Assembly: GCA_965637545.1 (NCBI GenBank) | Contig: OZ281497.1 | Span: 16,244,001-16,308,000, forward strand | Reading direction: 5' to 3' | DNA length: 64,000 nt | From: Phallusia mammillata | Taxonomy: Eukaryota | Shown: positions 24,030-35,500 of the stretch, in pieces | How the letters are laid out: the number at the start of each line of letters is the position of its first letter | How positions within the stretch are numbered: the first letter of the stretch is position 1 | Made by a program: the position numbers and the translations under genes | The notes under the pieces: model-generated | What the model saw: the letters and a program-made list of their open reading frames with translations, nothing else | What the model was told of the DNA's origin: nothing | Database searches by the model: none

Positions 24030-27000
24030 GTTGTGCATCGATCTGTCAGAAAATCAGCACATCCGGAATTTATGTTGCACACCTTATTCCCGCAAGCTGC
24101 AGTTACTTTGAATGGGATTTCTCTACAACCTTGACATCAAACTTATATTTCACTGTAGCACCATTTTTGACAGGACGTGACTATTGCAAGGTATATGCGT
24201 TCTCGTTAAATTGTAAGGTAGGCTTAATTTTGAACTAAAATCCGACTACGTTAGGAGTCCATAGAAACTGGCCTTTGTTGTAGGCTACAAACACCACACA
24301 TAGATTCATTGTAGAAAACCTAAAGGCACACAAGCCGTGTTTACTGACTCCCAAAATTGTGCCTACTGCAAAAAATATACAAACTTCCATAAATCAACAA
24401 AAACTTAAATACTAACTTTGCTTGTTTCTGAAACTGAACTTAGATCAATTGAATTTCCGATCTCTGTCAGAAAAGTCTAGAAATCTACAAAACACAAAGC
24501 AAAAACAATAAAGCCTATTTTTAAAAATGTTACGTGCAGTTTATCTTTTGCCAATTGTTGCAGGTTTACAATGTTGGAGTTGCAGCAGGCGAACTGCTTG
24601 GTCGAGTCGATAAACTTCAGGTCGGACCTGTTCAGGCTAATTACTCCCACATTTTCGTCATATGCAGAGTGGAAAGCACGCTATTGGTGAAACTTCGGGT
24701 ACAAAGAAGTAAGCAATGGTCCAGAAGAAAAATCTATTTAAACACAAACTTTGAAAATGTTAAACAAGCTTGTAAATTGCCCTGCCTCCTATGGACCCTA
24801 ATCAACGTACTTTTAGAAATTTAGACTGCAGATTACTAAAACGATTTTTTTGATTAAAAGCTTCTTAGCACATACGCTACGAACAGTGCACATTGCTTCG
24901 ACCTGAGGTTTCATCAGTGTAATTGACGGAGATATCGGTCGCATGAGCTAACACCTTTACGGCACTCCAGTTTGTTAGCAAGCTGAAAAGCCATGCCTCA
25001 GTAACCTGTTCGATGCGCACAACTTGGCATAATCAACAGAAAAACTGTTTGTGAATTGTAAACCAGTTCTTCTGTCGAGTATGCCGTAAGGGCATATGGG
25101 GCTACTTTAGCTCATACGACCGATGTCTCACCACTAGCTGCACTGATAAGACCTTGTAGGTCGAAACAGTTGGCACTGTCTACAGCCTGGTTTTAACGTA
25201 GATTTTCGTATTCGCTAATTTACATTGACAGAAATTAAACTGGGTCATTAATTTAAAAATCAAAGATTCGCTTTTGTCTTCACGTCATCATTTAGCCTGA
25301 ACTCTGTAACAAAGCAATACAACAACCAACTTCCAACAAACACTTGACATCTTTGTCCAAGCATGGATTTATAGTGGCCATCGTTGTTACTTTAATGTTG
25401 TGTCCTTTACATACTCACACCAGCGGAGTTATCTTCATTATAACGTTATTTCTGTACGACTTCGATTAGGGATAATTTTTACTGCTTCTGTTTGCAGACT
25501 ACCCAGATATGTGTGGAAAATACCAAATAACTAGTATGCCTACTACTGTGGCATCTAAAGGATACCCGATGAACTATACGGACAGCACAGTTTGTATTTG
25601 GGAATACACAAGTTTACAACGCAGCAGGTTTATCTTTGACTTCTCCCTATTAGATTACAAAGATCAAGAAGACTTTCTTTATGTAAGTTAGGGTAAAAAT
25701 ATGTTGTTGTTTTTTGGGTGGAAACAAACGCGGTTTTAACCGTGAAAATACCAGCACCTGATGTATTATACGAATTAGGTATTAAAATTGCATAAATCAA
25801 GTAGGCCCTTTGAAGGCGTAATGCAGATTCAAGCGTTCTCCTAGACCTAAACATTTCCATGTGGCAAGGCATAGGTTGTGGGAAAACCTAGCCAGCCGTT
25901 GGATTCGAATCTACGACAGGAGTCTTTCCGGCACTCGCGCTCTACCAACTGAGCTATACAGGCTCAGTGGTGAACCACCGAAAGTCGGTAGTAACGCAAC
26001 TTTTAAAAAGTGTTTGCAAACCAGCAGTAACACAATAATCGGAATCGTATGCACAATTCAATTTAGATAAGTCGACCAACGAGGGAAAAACAAACAGGAA
26101 TTCGAGAAAACGACAATATCAAATCATATTACTGTCAATAAAACGAAAACCTTGCACTTTGGATTTTAGATAATACCAAAGAACAACGACTCATCGTCAA
26201 GGATTTTTTTTACTGATAAACGAAGTCCGTTTCAACATGATTTCGAAGGTGGTGGTTTTCAGATAGTAACTACGACAGATATTTCAGACGTAAGAAACGG
26301 ATTCGTTGTGCAAATAACCGAAGGTGCTTAAATACTATACCTATAATACCGACTTTAACACGTGACATAAATTTAAAAACACTAACATTTTTTAGAACCA
26401 CTTTAAAAATTGAACAGCGATATTTCTTGTCAAGGAAAAGTCGGAATAAGGTGCTTTTCAAATACCACATGCTTTTTTACAACATGTTTCAAATAACATT
26501 GCTCACGTAAACATGGACAGGGGAATATTTACCACAATGTCCTCCAATTGAGATCTGCCACAAACTGTGAACTAAATATTTTTTACGAAACTGAGTTTGT
26601 TTTCATATTTTATTGCAATTGCTGTAAATTTGTTGACAAATGTATGTTGACCAGAACAGTAAGACAAACTAGGATTTTCCAGTCGGGTTTAGGTTCGGGC
26701 TTCAGTTTTACAAAACGGCCCGATTCGGGCCTTGCTTCAAACTAAGCCACATTTGTGTCGTAGATTTGCTTTGAAAAACCTCATTTTTGGGCCTAACTCG
26801 GGAAAAAATTCTGCTTACGGGCCTAAGTTTGTTCAAACTAAGTGTTCGGGCCCCTATTTTAGGCCCTCTTCAGTGGTGAAACTCAAATTTTTTGTCAGTC
26901 GATTCTGTTACAAAAATTAAGTCCCTTGACCAGTAATGCTAACCGGATCGCTGATCTCACTTCGTTCTATAGAACCACTGACCCTCTTACAATTTTGGTA

Positions 27001-30000
27001 CGACCTATTGCAGCTTAGGTATGAACGACCTGGCAGACTTGACTTATGAGAGTGGCGATGTTCTGTACATTTCCAACACCCGCCAAAACAACCTCGGCAG
27101 TATTTCGAGTATTTGCATGACTGAAGGTGATTCGCCATCGTTTAACTTCAACCTTACGGAATGTGAGGCAACATACACAGTGACTACAAAAAATCTTTGT
27201 GAGATATAGTTTCAATCCCAACCGTAAAGAGGCTTTGCAGTCTGAGGATTATAACCTGTAAATCTCGAATTGCCAACTAACAGTATCAACTTATCGATTG
27301 AATGTTTTGTCCATCGAAATCGTCATAGAGGCCTCCTGATATGTGGCGCAAATAATATAGTTGCCTATTTGACAAAAATTGTGACCATCAAGGCTATTTG
27401 CATTATGGTGAGGTATCTTAATAAAAAAAAACGATAGTGGATTCAATTCAATCATATTAAAAATACCACGAAACCAACTTTAAACAACAGATCTTACTTG
27501 TTTCTAAACTTATGTCAACTGCTCATTTAATGTCTGTGCTCGTTACGCCACCTATCAGTTGTTTGATGTGAGGTGTACTGTTAGTAGCGCTATCCAATAT
27601 AAAGACTTATTTGTAACTTTTGGTAATAAAACATTTCTACCAAAGAAATGTTCCTGCAAAAAAACACTTCACACAAAAATCGTAACCAACGTAAGATTTT
27701 TTATGTTTTAAAATGAATATGGTGATAGAAGACATGGAAAACATGTAAGTGTTTGCTTATGTTTGGTCAGAATGGTGATGAACGTTTAAACATCTCCTTT
27801 ACCATTTGGAACTTCAAACAAATGGACCTGACTCAGTCGATTCAACGCTACGTATCTCACAGCCTAACCGTTATTTGCAACCTCAACAACACCTACCTAG
27901 TCCAATATGGAGCAATCATTCCACAAATCCAGTAGGTTTATTAAAGTAACGTTTAAATAAGTTTTTTTCTTATGGTTGTTTTAGCATTTAGCCCAGTGGT
28001 CGGCAACCGTCGGGCCGCGTGGCGGTACCGGTCCGCGATAAGTTCGTTACTGGACCGTATAATTTTTCAGGCTAAATGCTTTAAAACACTTTGCCCGTTT
28101 ATTCCGGTGATGATAAACTAATTCATGCGTTTTTATTGCTAAATATTTGTAGTTTTTTTAAGGCCGGTCCGCGATAAAATTTCAGTTTCAAAAGCGGTCC
28201 ACAGTAGAAAAAAGGTTGCCGACCCCTGAATTAGCCTAGGCCTACACATGTTTTATAAATAAGTTTTAATTATGATCCCCAACTCAACCCGTTAATGACG
28301 GTTAGATATTGTGAGCAGATTACTATAAAAGGTGCAAGTAGTAATAGTTTTTTTTTAAAATATAGGCCTAAGTGTTGTAAATTGGCTTGTTTGTGGTGCG
28401 CTTAACAATTAAGTAAACCTTATTCTACAGGGAAAACGTCATAGTCAGTGAACCGGTTTCGGGACAATTTAGTATCACTTTGAACTTGTACAACGACAGT
28501 GGTTTCAACTCACTTTTAGTGGAAAACAGCCAAGTTGTTGTTCCCAATTGTATTGTTGCCAAAGTTGAACACAGTGACAGTCTATCGGATAATGATAACT
28601 TTATTATTCAGGTGAGTGCAAGCTGTCGTGAACTGCTTGAATTTTTTACATTAATGCTAAATATCAAATTTCTGCTTGTATCTTCAAATTTATCGGTAAA
28701 AGTTTTTAATGTGACATTAAGTTGATCTGTCCCTTTAATAAGTTTAGTAGGTATCCTATGTCAACGATTATTATCACTAATTGATAAACTGTGCTTTTAT
28801 TCAGTAATATTAATGCAACAGCAGTGCTTATATATGATCGTTGATATTACTTCTAAGAACTGCATGGTCCCTTTACATAATTTGTTGATATTACTTCTGC
28901 AATATTAGATAATTTGATTACGATATAAGTTAGAAGCAATGATTTAGTTTTTATGTGTCAAAAATGTTTGAGCAACTTCTTTATTTTTACTTACACCTGC
29001 TGGCAAAAGTAGTTTTTACCTTTTTAGCTCGAAGATTGCTGGGCAACGCAAGTGGAAAATCCCAGCACCATGCCTTTCTACCCAATCATCGAAAATGGGT
29101 GAGACATTTTCAACCTAGAAGAGTTTTTCAAAATGAATCCTTAAATTGTTACACAAATTTGAATACTTACATGACTTTCATGTAGTTGGCAGTAAGTTGC
29201 TTCGACAAATGTATTGTCACTTTAAAACTCTAAAACGATGGTTGGGTCTTTTCTAAAAAAAAACTCGAACACAAAGGTTTGATGAATATAAGCGTTTTAC
29301 TTTTTCTGTTTTCAGATGCAAAGCACCTTCCAGTGGTAGTGAACTATCTGGTGCGAAAGAGATCCTACGAAACTATCAATCCGGTTATGGTGCGTTCAAG
29401 TTTGACAGTTTCGTGTGGACCAACTTCACCGACAGTGAGCAAGCTATATATGTCCACTGCAACGTCATCATATGTCATAACTCCACTAATCTCTGTCCTG
29501 GAGAAGTGAGTGCATATTGTCTCTTACAAATGTCGTTTGTTATGAAATATATCTATAGATAAGCAATATAGATTTCTGTACAGCAAAAAGTACTTGTAGG
29601 CCTATGTGTTAAGGATTGCGGTGGGCGAAAAAGACGAGCTACTGATGAAGGAGATTACCAACGACTGACTGTTGGTCCATTCCATGTGACAAAAGCAGGA
29701 AACTTCGACAGAAACGGTAAAGTATATTGCTACCATATGCTTTAGTTGTTCATATATTAACAATTCAAAAACATTTTGACATCCTTTATTGAATCGCCGT
29801 TCCAGATTGATTGCGTTTTTGCTAGCATATGATAACCGCCACTTTACCCTTTAATTTCTATTATTATATATTATAGTCTTTAAAATAATAACTATTAGTT
29901 ATGCTATATTTTATTCTCAGAAGTTCAAGAAAAAGAGACCCTGGATGAAAACACCTACGGATTGAATACTGAGGCATTTGTATTTGTCGCTGTGTTGTTT

Positions 30001-30042
30001 GTAGTCATTATGATAGTTGCTAAAAAGTATCTTGTGGCCTAA
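24030..30042 (+). CDS. CUB-CUB-ZP domain type I membrane or secreted matrix protein (CUZD1-like architecture); signal-peptide exon not located
   Basis: Exons 24030-24190, 24564-24708, 25498-25682, 26170-26323, 26521-26566, 27014-27179, 27771-27931, 28431-28611, 29028-29098, 29316-29505, 29614-29716, 29921-30042; phases consistent. Divergent CUB1 (SCSYFEWDF...DYCKVY...GELLGR); CUB2 (CGKY...SKGYPMNYTDSTVCIWEY...DFLY...NGF); ZP-C (LEDCWAT...YPIIENGC...FKFDSF...IYVHCNVIIC); furin site RKRR; external hydrophobic patch LTVGPFHV; TM AFVFVAVLFVVIMIVA; stop TAA at 30040-30042. The 26521-26566 exon is the least certain. Confidence 0.85.
24884..25180. mobile_element. Decayed second PLE-like foldback with two degenerate hammerhead cores
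   Basis: Inverted arms about 24884-24968 and 25077-25180 (gagatatcggtcgcatgagctaa vs gagacatcggtcgtatgagctaa, 21/23). Minus core CTGATGA-AACC-TCA-GGTC-GAAG (24917-24896); plus core CTGATAA-GACC-TTGTA-GGTC-GAAAC (25143-25167). Confidence 0.6.
25790..25963 (-). mobile_element. tRNA-derived SINE (head 25963-25891)
   Basis: The reverse complement GCCTGTATAGCTCAGTTGGTAGAGCG...GTAGATTCGAATCCAACGGCTGGC has A and B boxes and an intact D arm (GCUC/GAGC), but mispaired acceptor, anticodon and T stems. The 3' boundary is approximate. Confidence 0.65.
27994..28228. mobile_element. hAT (Buster/Charlie-like) MITE, 235 bp
   Basis: TIR cagtggtcggcaacc / ggttgccgacccctg; TSD atttagcc / aattagcc (7 of 8 match, central TA). 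Confidence 0.82.
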
Positions 30043-30247
30043 CCATAATAATCATGTGGTAAGTTTTGCCCAAGTCATGTTATAATTGACACCATAGGCC
30101 TACGCGTTGAATTTGATTATTATCGTTTCGGTCTGAGGATAAGCTGTTCGAATTTTCTTTTACTGTTTGAAAGAATCATGTGTCATCTGCATCATGTCTA
30201 TAAATACATACTCAAGTAAACTAATTGCATTTTTTGATATCGTACGT

Positions 30248-30845
30248 TAGGGTTCCCAGACTTTCGAAATTTCCCGGCCATGTCCGGAATTTTCGCTTTT
30301 TTGTGTCCGGTAGTAATTTTCAAACACAATCCTAATGTTTTGATTTTAGCGTCTCAACAGCCTAACTTGCAGTAGTCCAACATTTCTCGTCCTAAAAGAC
30401 TCAAACGTTTACAGTTTAACTATTGATTGTGTCGTTTTTAATGCACGATATGCCACTCTATGCAAAACCCAACGTCTAAAATGTTTTATGTGGCCTAGAG
30501 TAGACATTGATGCCACCTACATTCAGGCATCTTATGAGCATGAGTTGAAAGAAGTGGTGGGATTCAAATTTTTTGTCAGCCGGTTTCTGTCCTGTAACAA
30601 AACGTCCATTGACAGTCCCCAGTAATGCTAACCGGTTCGCTGATCTCATAAAATTTCGTGAGACGGTTCTAAAGAACCGGTGCGAACCGGCTGAATCTCA
30701 CCACTGGCTGAAGGCTATTTTGGTGATTTTTTGCGTCTTGAAAGTTTTACACGCACCTGATTGTGTGAAACATTTCTTATTAGGACAGAAAACTGTGATA
30801 GTGGTGCTATTTACCAAAAATGGGACTGTTGGGATTGGTAACATA
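30248..30845. mobile_element. Possible degenerate hAT-like MITE (TAGGGTTnCCA-type termini)
   Basis: Starts tagggttcccagac and ends tggtaacata; no TSD match. Confidence 0.3.
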
Positions 30846-31848
30846 TGTGGCAAATATGTTTAGTGTCGTCAAAGATATTTACTGAGGCATTTGCCTTCGA
30901 AGATTTGGTACATTTACGTAAGGTTTTACTAAAATTTGATGACGATCCGCTGTTACACTACTAACTCACCAAATAAGTGCAAAGTGGACTCTAATTATTC
31001 CTGCAACATACGCTGACCTCGGACAAGTTAGCTCTTGCAGACTTGATTGGAGGCAAAATACAGACTTGAGTAGGCCTAATTGCGGGACTGTTGACATGCA
31101 AATCAGACAAAAACATTTTCACTGCCCTTGGAAGCATAAAAATAGCCCGACAAAAAAGTTTAGCAATTTTCCAAAAGGCGACTTTCGAAAAAAATTTGGG
31201 AACCACTGTTACACAACTTTTTTTCTCAAACAGTGTAAAGGTAGGTACGGTGACAAATTGTGAAAACACCATTCAGTTGACTTACGTTTTTGTTAATTTA
31301 GTCTTTAAATCAAACATCTTAAGCTTTAGATTTAGTGCCAAAATAACTCAAATTGTTATTTCTACTTTACAGTTTTACAAACTGGTAAGTTATGTAAAAT
31401 GAATTTGAAAAGCTAAAATATCAAGAAATTCATATGAAGCAATTTGATACTTTACCTGTATATGAATTGCTGCAACTAAATTACTTTTTTCTTGCACCAT
31501 ATTGTCAGATCTTTTTCTGGTTTGTTTGTGTGCTTTGTTTTGTTTTGCGGTGTTGTTCAAGAGGTTGAGTAACGTAAGGTGTTTTAAATTAATTAGTTAG
31601 CTGATACCGAAATTTTAACACATTATTCTATGTTTTTAAGCATTACTTCGCATAAACTTAAAAAAATATATTTTTTGGTTATGAATACACATATTTTTCA
31701 TAACGTTTTAATCTTCCGAATACATTTTGTGCTCCATGAAATTTCAGTGTGACATGTTCATGCAAAACAGTGTTAGTTTCTTTTGGGTTAATTAGCTTTT
31801 AGGAAGTACACAAAAAACACAAATTAACTTTAAAGTTGTCACTAACAT

Positions 31849-32220
31849 CCACATTGGATTTTATGGCACCTTTCGCCGAGATCTCGGGTGTGCACGAAGA
31901 ATTTTCAAGTGTGCAAGAAGAAATTTTAGGGTGTGCACGAACCAGTCAAGTGTGCACCTCATCAAGAAAAAGCTATCCGATTTACAAATATTTAACAAAA
32001 TCTCAAAATAACCGTCAAATGCAATTGCGCCACTGGTTAACTAATGTAGCTAATCTGGAAAACAGAAGTTACTTAGCGTCCAGGCCTAATGTTTTGTAAA
32101 TAACGCAAGAAAACAATAGAAAATTTTTGCCCAAAGCTTTTTTCGAGGGGTTGTTCAAGTGTGCAATCAAATTTTTAAAAAATAGTCTCGGGTGTGCAGC
32201 TGCCATACTATCCATACTGG
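31849..32220. mobile_element. MITE with 8-bp TSD (372 bp), just upstream of the EFCAB14-like coding start
   Basis: Perfect TSD actaacat (31841-31848, 32221-32228); imperfect 20-bp TIR ccacattggattttatggca vs ccagtatggatagtatggca; internal ctcgggtgtgca repeats. Confidence 0.78.
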
Positions 32221-32527
32221 ACTAACATTAGTTTTGCTACTATTTAGGCCTACATCAGATCAGACATTAAAATTGCACAGACAACAGTAAAACAATTTAT
32301 ACATTTACATCAAAATAAGCAAGAAATCAAGCAGTTGGTTTTGATTATGAACCTATGTCTCAAGCCTCTTTATACTTGGAAACATTTTGCAAATGGTTAC
32401 TGTTTACTTGTACTTTGCATAAAGTAGGAAATTGTTTTTGTGTCTGTGAAAGTAAACCAGTCCTCTGGATCTCATGCCTGCCAATGCTGGCCAACACACA
32501 GCCAAATTTGTGGTTCAAGGTAAAAGA

Positions 32528-35500
32528 ATGAAAAAGCGAAAGGAACTGGATGCTTTAATAGGTACAGCTAACAGGTTTCATTTGCGGATTTATCCTTTAG
32601 TTTTGCCTAAAAAATGACCTATTACAATGACCTTGAGATTAATGTAAACATAATACTACTTTTCTTTATTCTTGTTGTTTCATTGCCTTTTGCCTTGGTG
32701 TTATGAAGTTTGTTATTGTATAAAACAGGTGATAGAACAAGATCAGGTGGTGGATATGAACAGCTGCAAAGATCTACACAGCGTTCATCTAATGTGGCCA
32801 GTTCTTCATCACGAGATGCTGACACATACTTTGCACCACTGAGGCCCTATGGAAACTCCACAGTCAGGTAGGGAATAGTATTTTTACCTTTGGCATGATT
32901 GGAAAACAGTGACTAGACTTAAAACTAAGACTTAACAATGTATTATGTTGATTTATCATTTATGATAAAGTGTATTATATGTTAATTATTAAGTATTAGA
33001 TATATACCTTACCTTACTCCACACTTGGGGTTTTAATAAGTTTTGTAAAATATGCTCATAATTGTTGTATGTGAAAAAGGTTGTGAACTTGAATCTAGAA
33101 AAGTGGCATGAATGTGTAATGAAGAATAGTGATACACACATTTTTTTGTATTTTTTTAGGCATGGAAGGCCAGTTGCTCATCATTCAAAAGTGGGCTGCA
33201 CATCAAAGCGTGCCTTTCACATATGTTTGCCTGCCTGTATTCTTGCATTGGTAGCAGCTTGTGTCACAAGTTCAATAGGCATTGTATGGATGCAAGTTCA
33301 ACTCAAATCAGATTTAGATCACATCAAAGATAGAATATTTAAAAGTAAGCCAATTTTAAGCAAACTTTACCACCACACAACCTTTGGTGCATTTTATCTT
33401 GTGCCTCTGAACAGTTGAAAGATGGAAATCGGATCAACCTGCCACCTTAGTGGATTTACAAACTGTAGTTGGTCAACTACAACGTAGCATGCAAGAAGGT
33501 AGCACCAGTATGCAAGATCTAAAGTCTCAGTTAGCTGGGATTAACTCAAAGGTATGCACTTCACTTTCATTTATGTGGTTGCTGGTTGAGGTTAGTTCTT
33601 GATTCACTATTCTGATACACAGTTTATTCTAGAAATTGTTGCTTTTGAATACCTTGGATATATATATATATATATAAACTATAATGAAATTAAACAAATT
33701 AACTGTAACATTCTCTTTTCACATTTAAGATGTTGTTGTACAAGTCCCTGTAATTTTTTGGAAAGTGTTTTACATGAACGTTTGTTTAATTCAGCTTTCA
33801 AAATACAATTAGTGTTGTGACTTCTTGCTTTTTGACACCTCTGAAATGTTTTATGATACTTTGCTTTTAAACAGTTCTAGAAACAGTAGATTCAATTCAT
33901 TGCTCCAAGTTGGTATAAAAAAGAAACATATTGCAGCGTTGGGTGCTTCAAAATCGATTTTAGGAAATCCTTAAGACCCATTGTAATGCTGCTCATGTTC
34001 AAGGGGCAACGAGCGACCGGCCACCCGGCAATAATTCATCCTTATTAATTTGTTTGTGCTCAGGTCGACAAGCAGACGTCATCCGCTGAATTTGCCCGAG
34101 CTCTTCCACCCATGCAAGAACAACTGAATGCCTTACAACAAGTAAGAAACTCGTTGACATTGCGCTGCTATCGAACGCCACTGTTGGTGCAGATGTAGAC
34201 TTCGTGTTCGTGCTGTGTATTGTTTGCTATTACGGGTGTTTAGCATGAGGATAAGCAATGTAGTGCGGCGCAGTGCCAATCCGGTCGTGTTGTCAAATAA
34301 CGTGACTGCTGTGCATTGAAAATGCCAAGTCATTGATTGCTTTGGTGGCGTAACCCTTCAAGTGTGACACTATTACTGGTTTCAGTAAAATTGATTGAAA
34401 GAATGTGCGTTGGTGTGAGTTACTGCTGCATAATGTTGAAATGTAGATGCTTAATAATTGGGTTCTTCTGTTTGTGCAAACTCATATAGCCCCCGGGCAA
34501 ACGGACAAAGCATAGCCATAGCATTAGCTGATATCACACACATCTCTTATGACGCCATAAACTCTACAAAGCCTTGCGAATCAATCACCCAAGTAGTGAC
34601 ATTGACTAATAGTTATTGGCTAATATACATAATTCCTCTGTTTGTTGCACAGGAAATGAGTGACGTGACGGCAAAAATTGCACGATTACGTGATTACGTA
34701 CAGACTGTTGAAAAATCGGACCAAACTCTAGTGGACAAAACTGATCGCATCACAAACGACTTGGAAGCACTACGTGGAGTGGTGCAAGAAAATCACCAGG
34801 TGACTAATACAATATGAGCTGCTAAAAATGTTACTTCCTCAAGCAATTATACCTTGGTTGTGCATTTGAGATTAATTGAAAGTTATCTTGTAAAAACCTA
34901 GCACTCCTGTGTACGATTTCATATTTTCACATGCAAAATACACGCAAGTGGGTTTTAAATATAAGTTTTGGTAACTGTAGTAGCACCAAGTGGATGCTAA
35001 ATAAGACTGGGGTTCTGTAACGTCAAACCTTTTTTCGATTTGGCAACCTTTCTGATTTAACACCAGATTTTGAACATTATTAAGGTAAATATTTGAACGG
35101 TAACAGTTTATACTTTGTTGTCATGTAGGAATTTAAGGACGGTTCAAACTTACCTCAACGATACGCCATGGCCTTGCAGCAGCATGATCACGTGGTCAAC
35201 AATACAATAGACGCTGTGAACCGCAGGATCGATTCGGTATGTTTGAGTATAAGACACGCTATGTGGGTGAGAGTAATTTACCTTGGGCACTTGGTACTAC
35301 GCTTGGTTTAGTCTCAATCAGTTTTGTTAGTAAACTGTTGGTCTTGCGTTGAATCTTCTTAGCTTTGAACCCCTAAACGCGTTTTCTTTCTGGAAAAAGC
35401 ATGCAAAATGCCTGCCGCTATAGAATCAGTGTGTTGGATATGGTTTTGTGTACATAAGTTACTTAGTTAATTATGGGTCCCCTTCCCTGAAGGGAACACA

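Noticed and set aside
24564-24708. Ly6/three-finger-like start LQCWSC
   Set aside because: That frame has two stops. The alternative open frame joins both neighbouring exons in phase and completes a CUB domain.
25353-25425. Signal-peptide-like stretch (TTG-SKHGFIVAIVVTLMLCPL) as a mutated first exon of the ZP gene
   Set aside because: No ATG and no canonical phase-1 donor, and upstream exons explain the gene without it. Hydrophobic runs are common in AT-rich DNA.
25891-25963. Functional tRNA gene
   Set aside because: Acceptor, anticodon and T stems are mispaired; called a SINE head instead.
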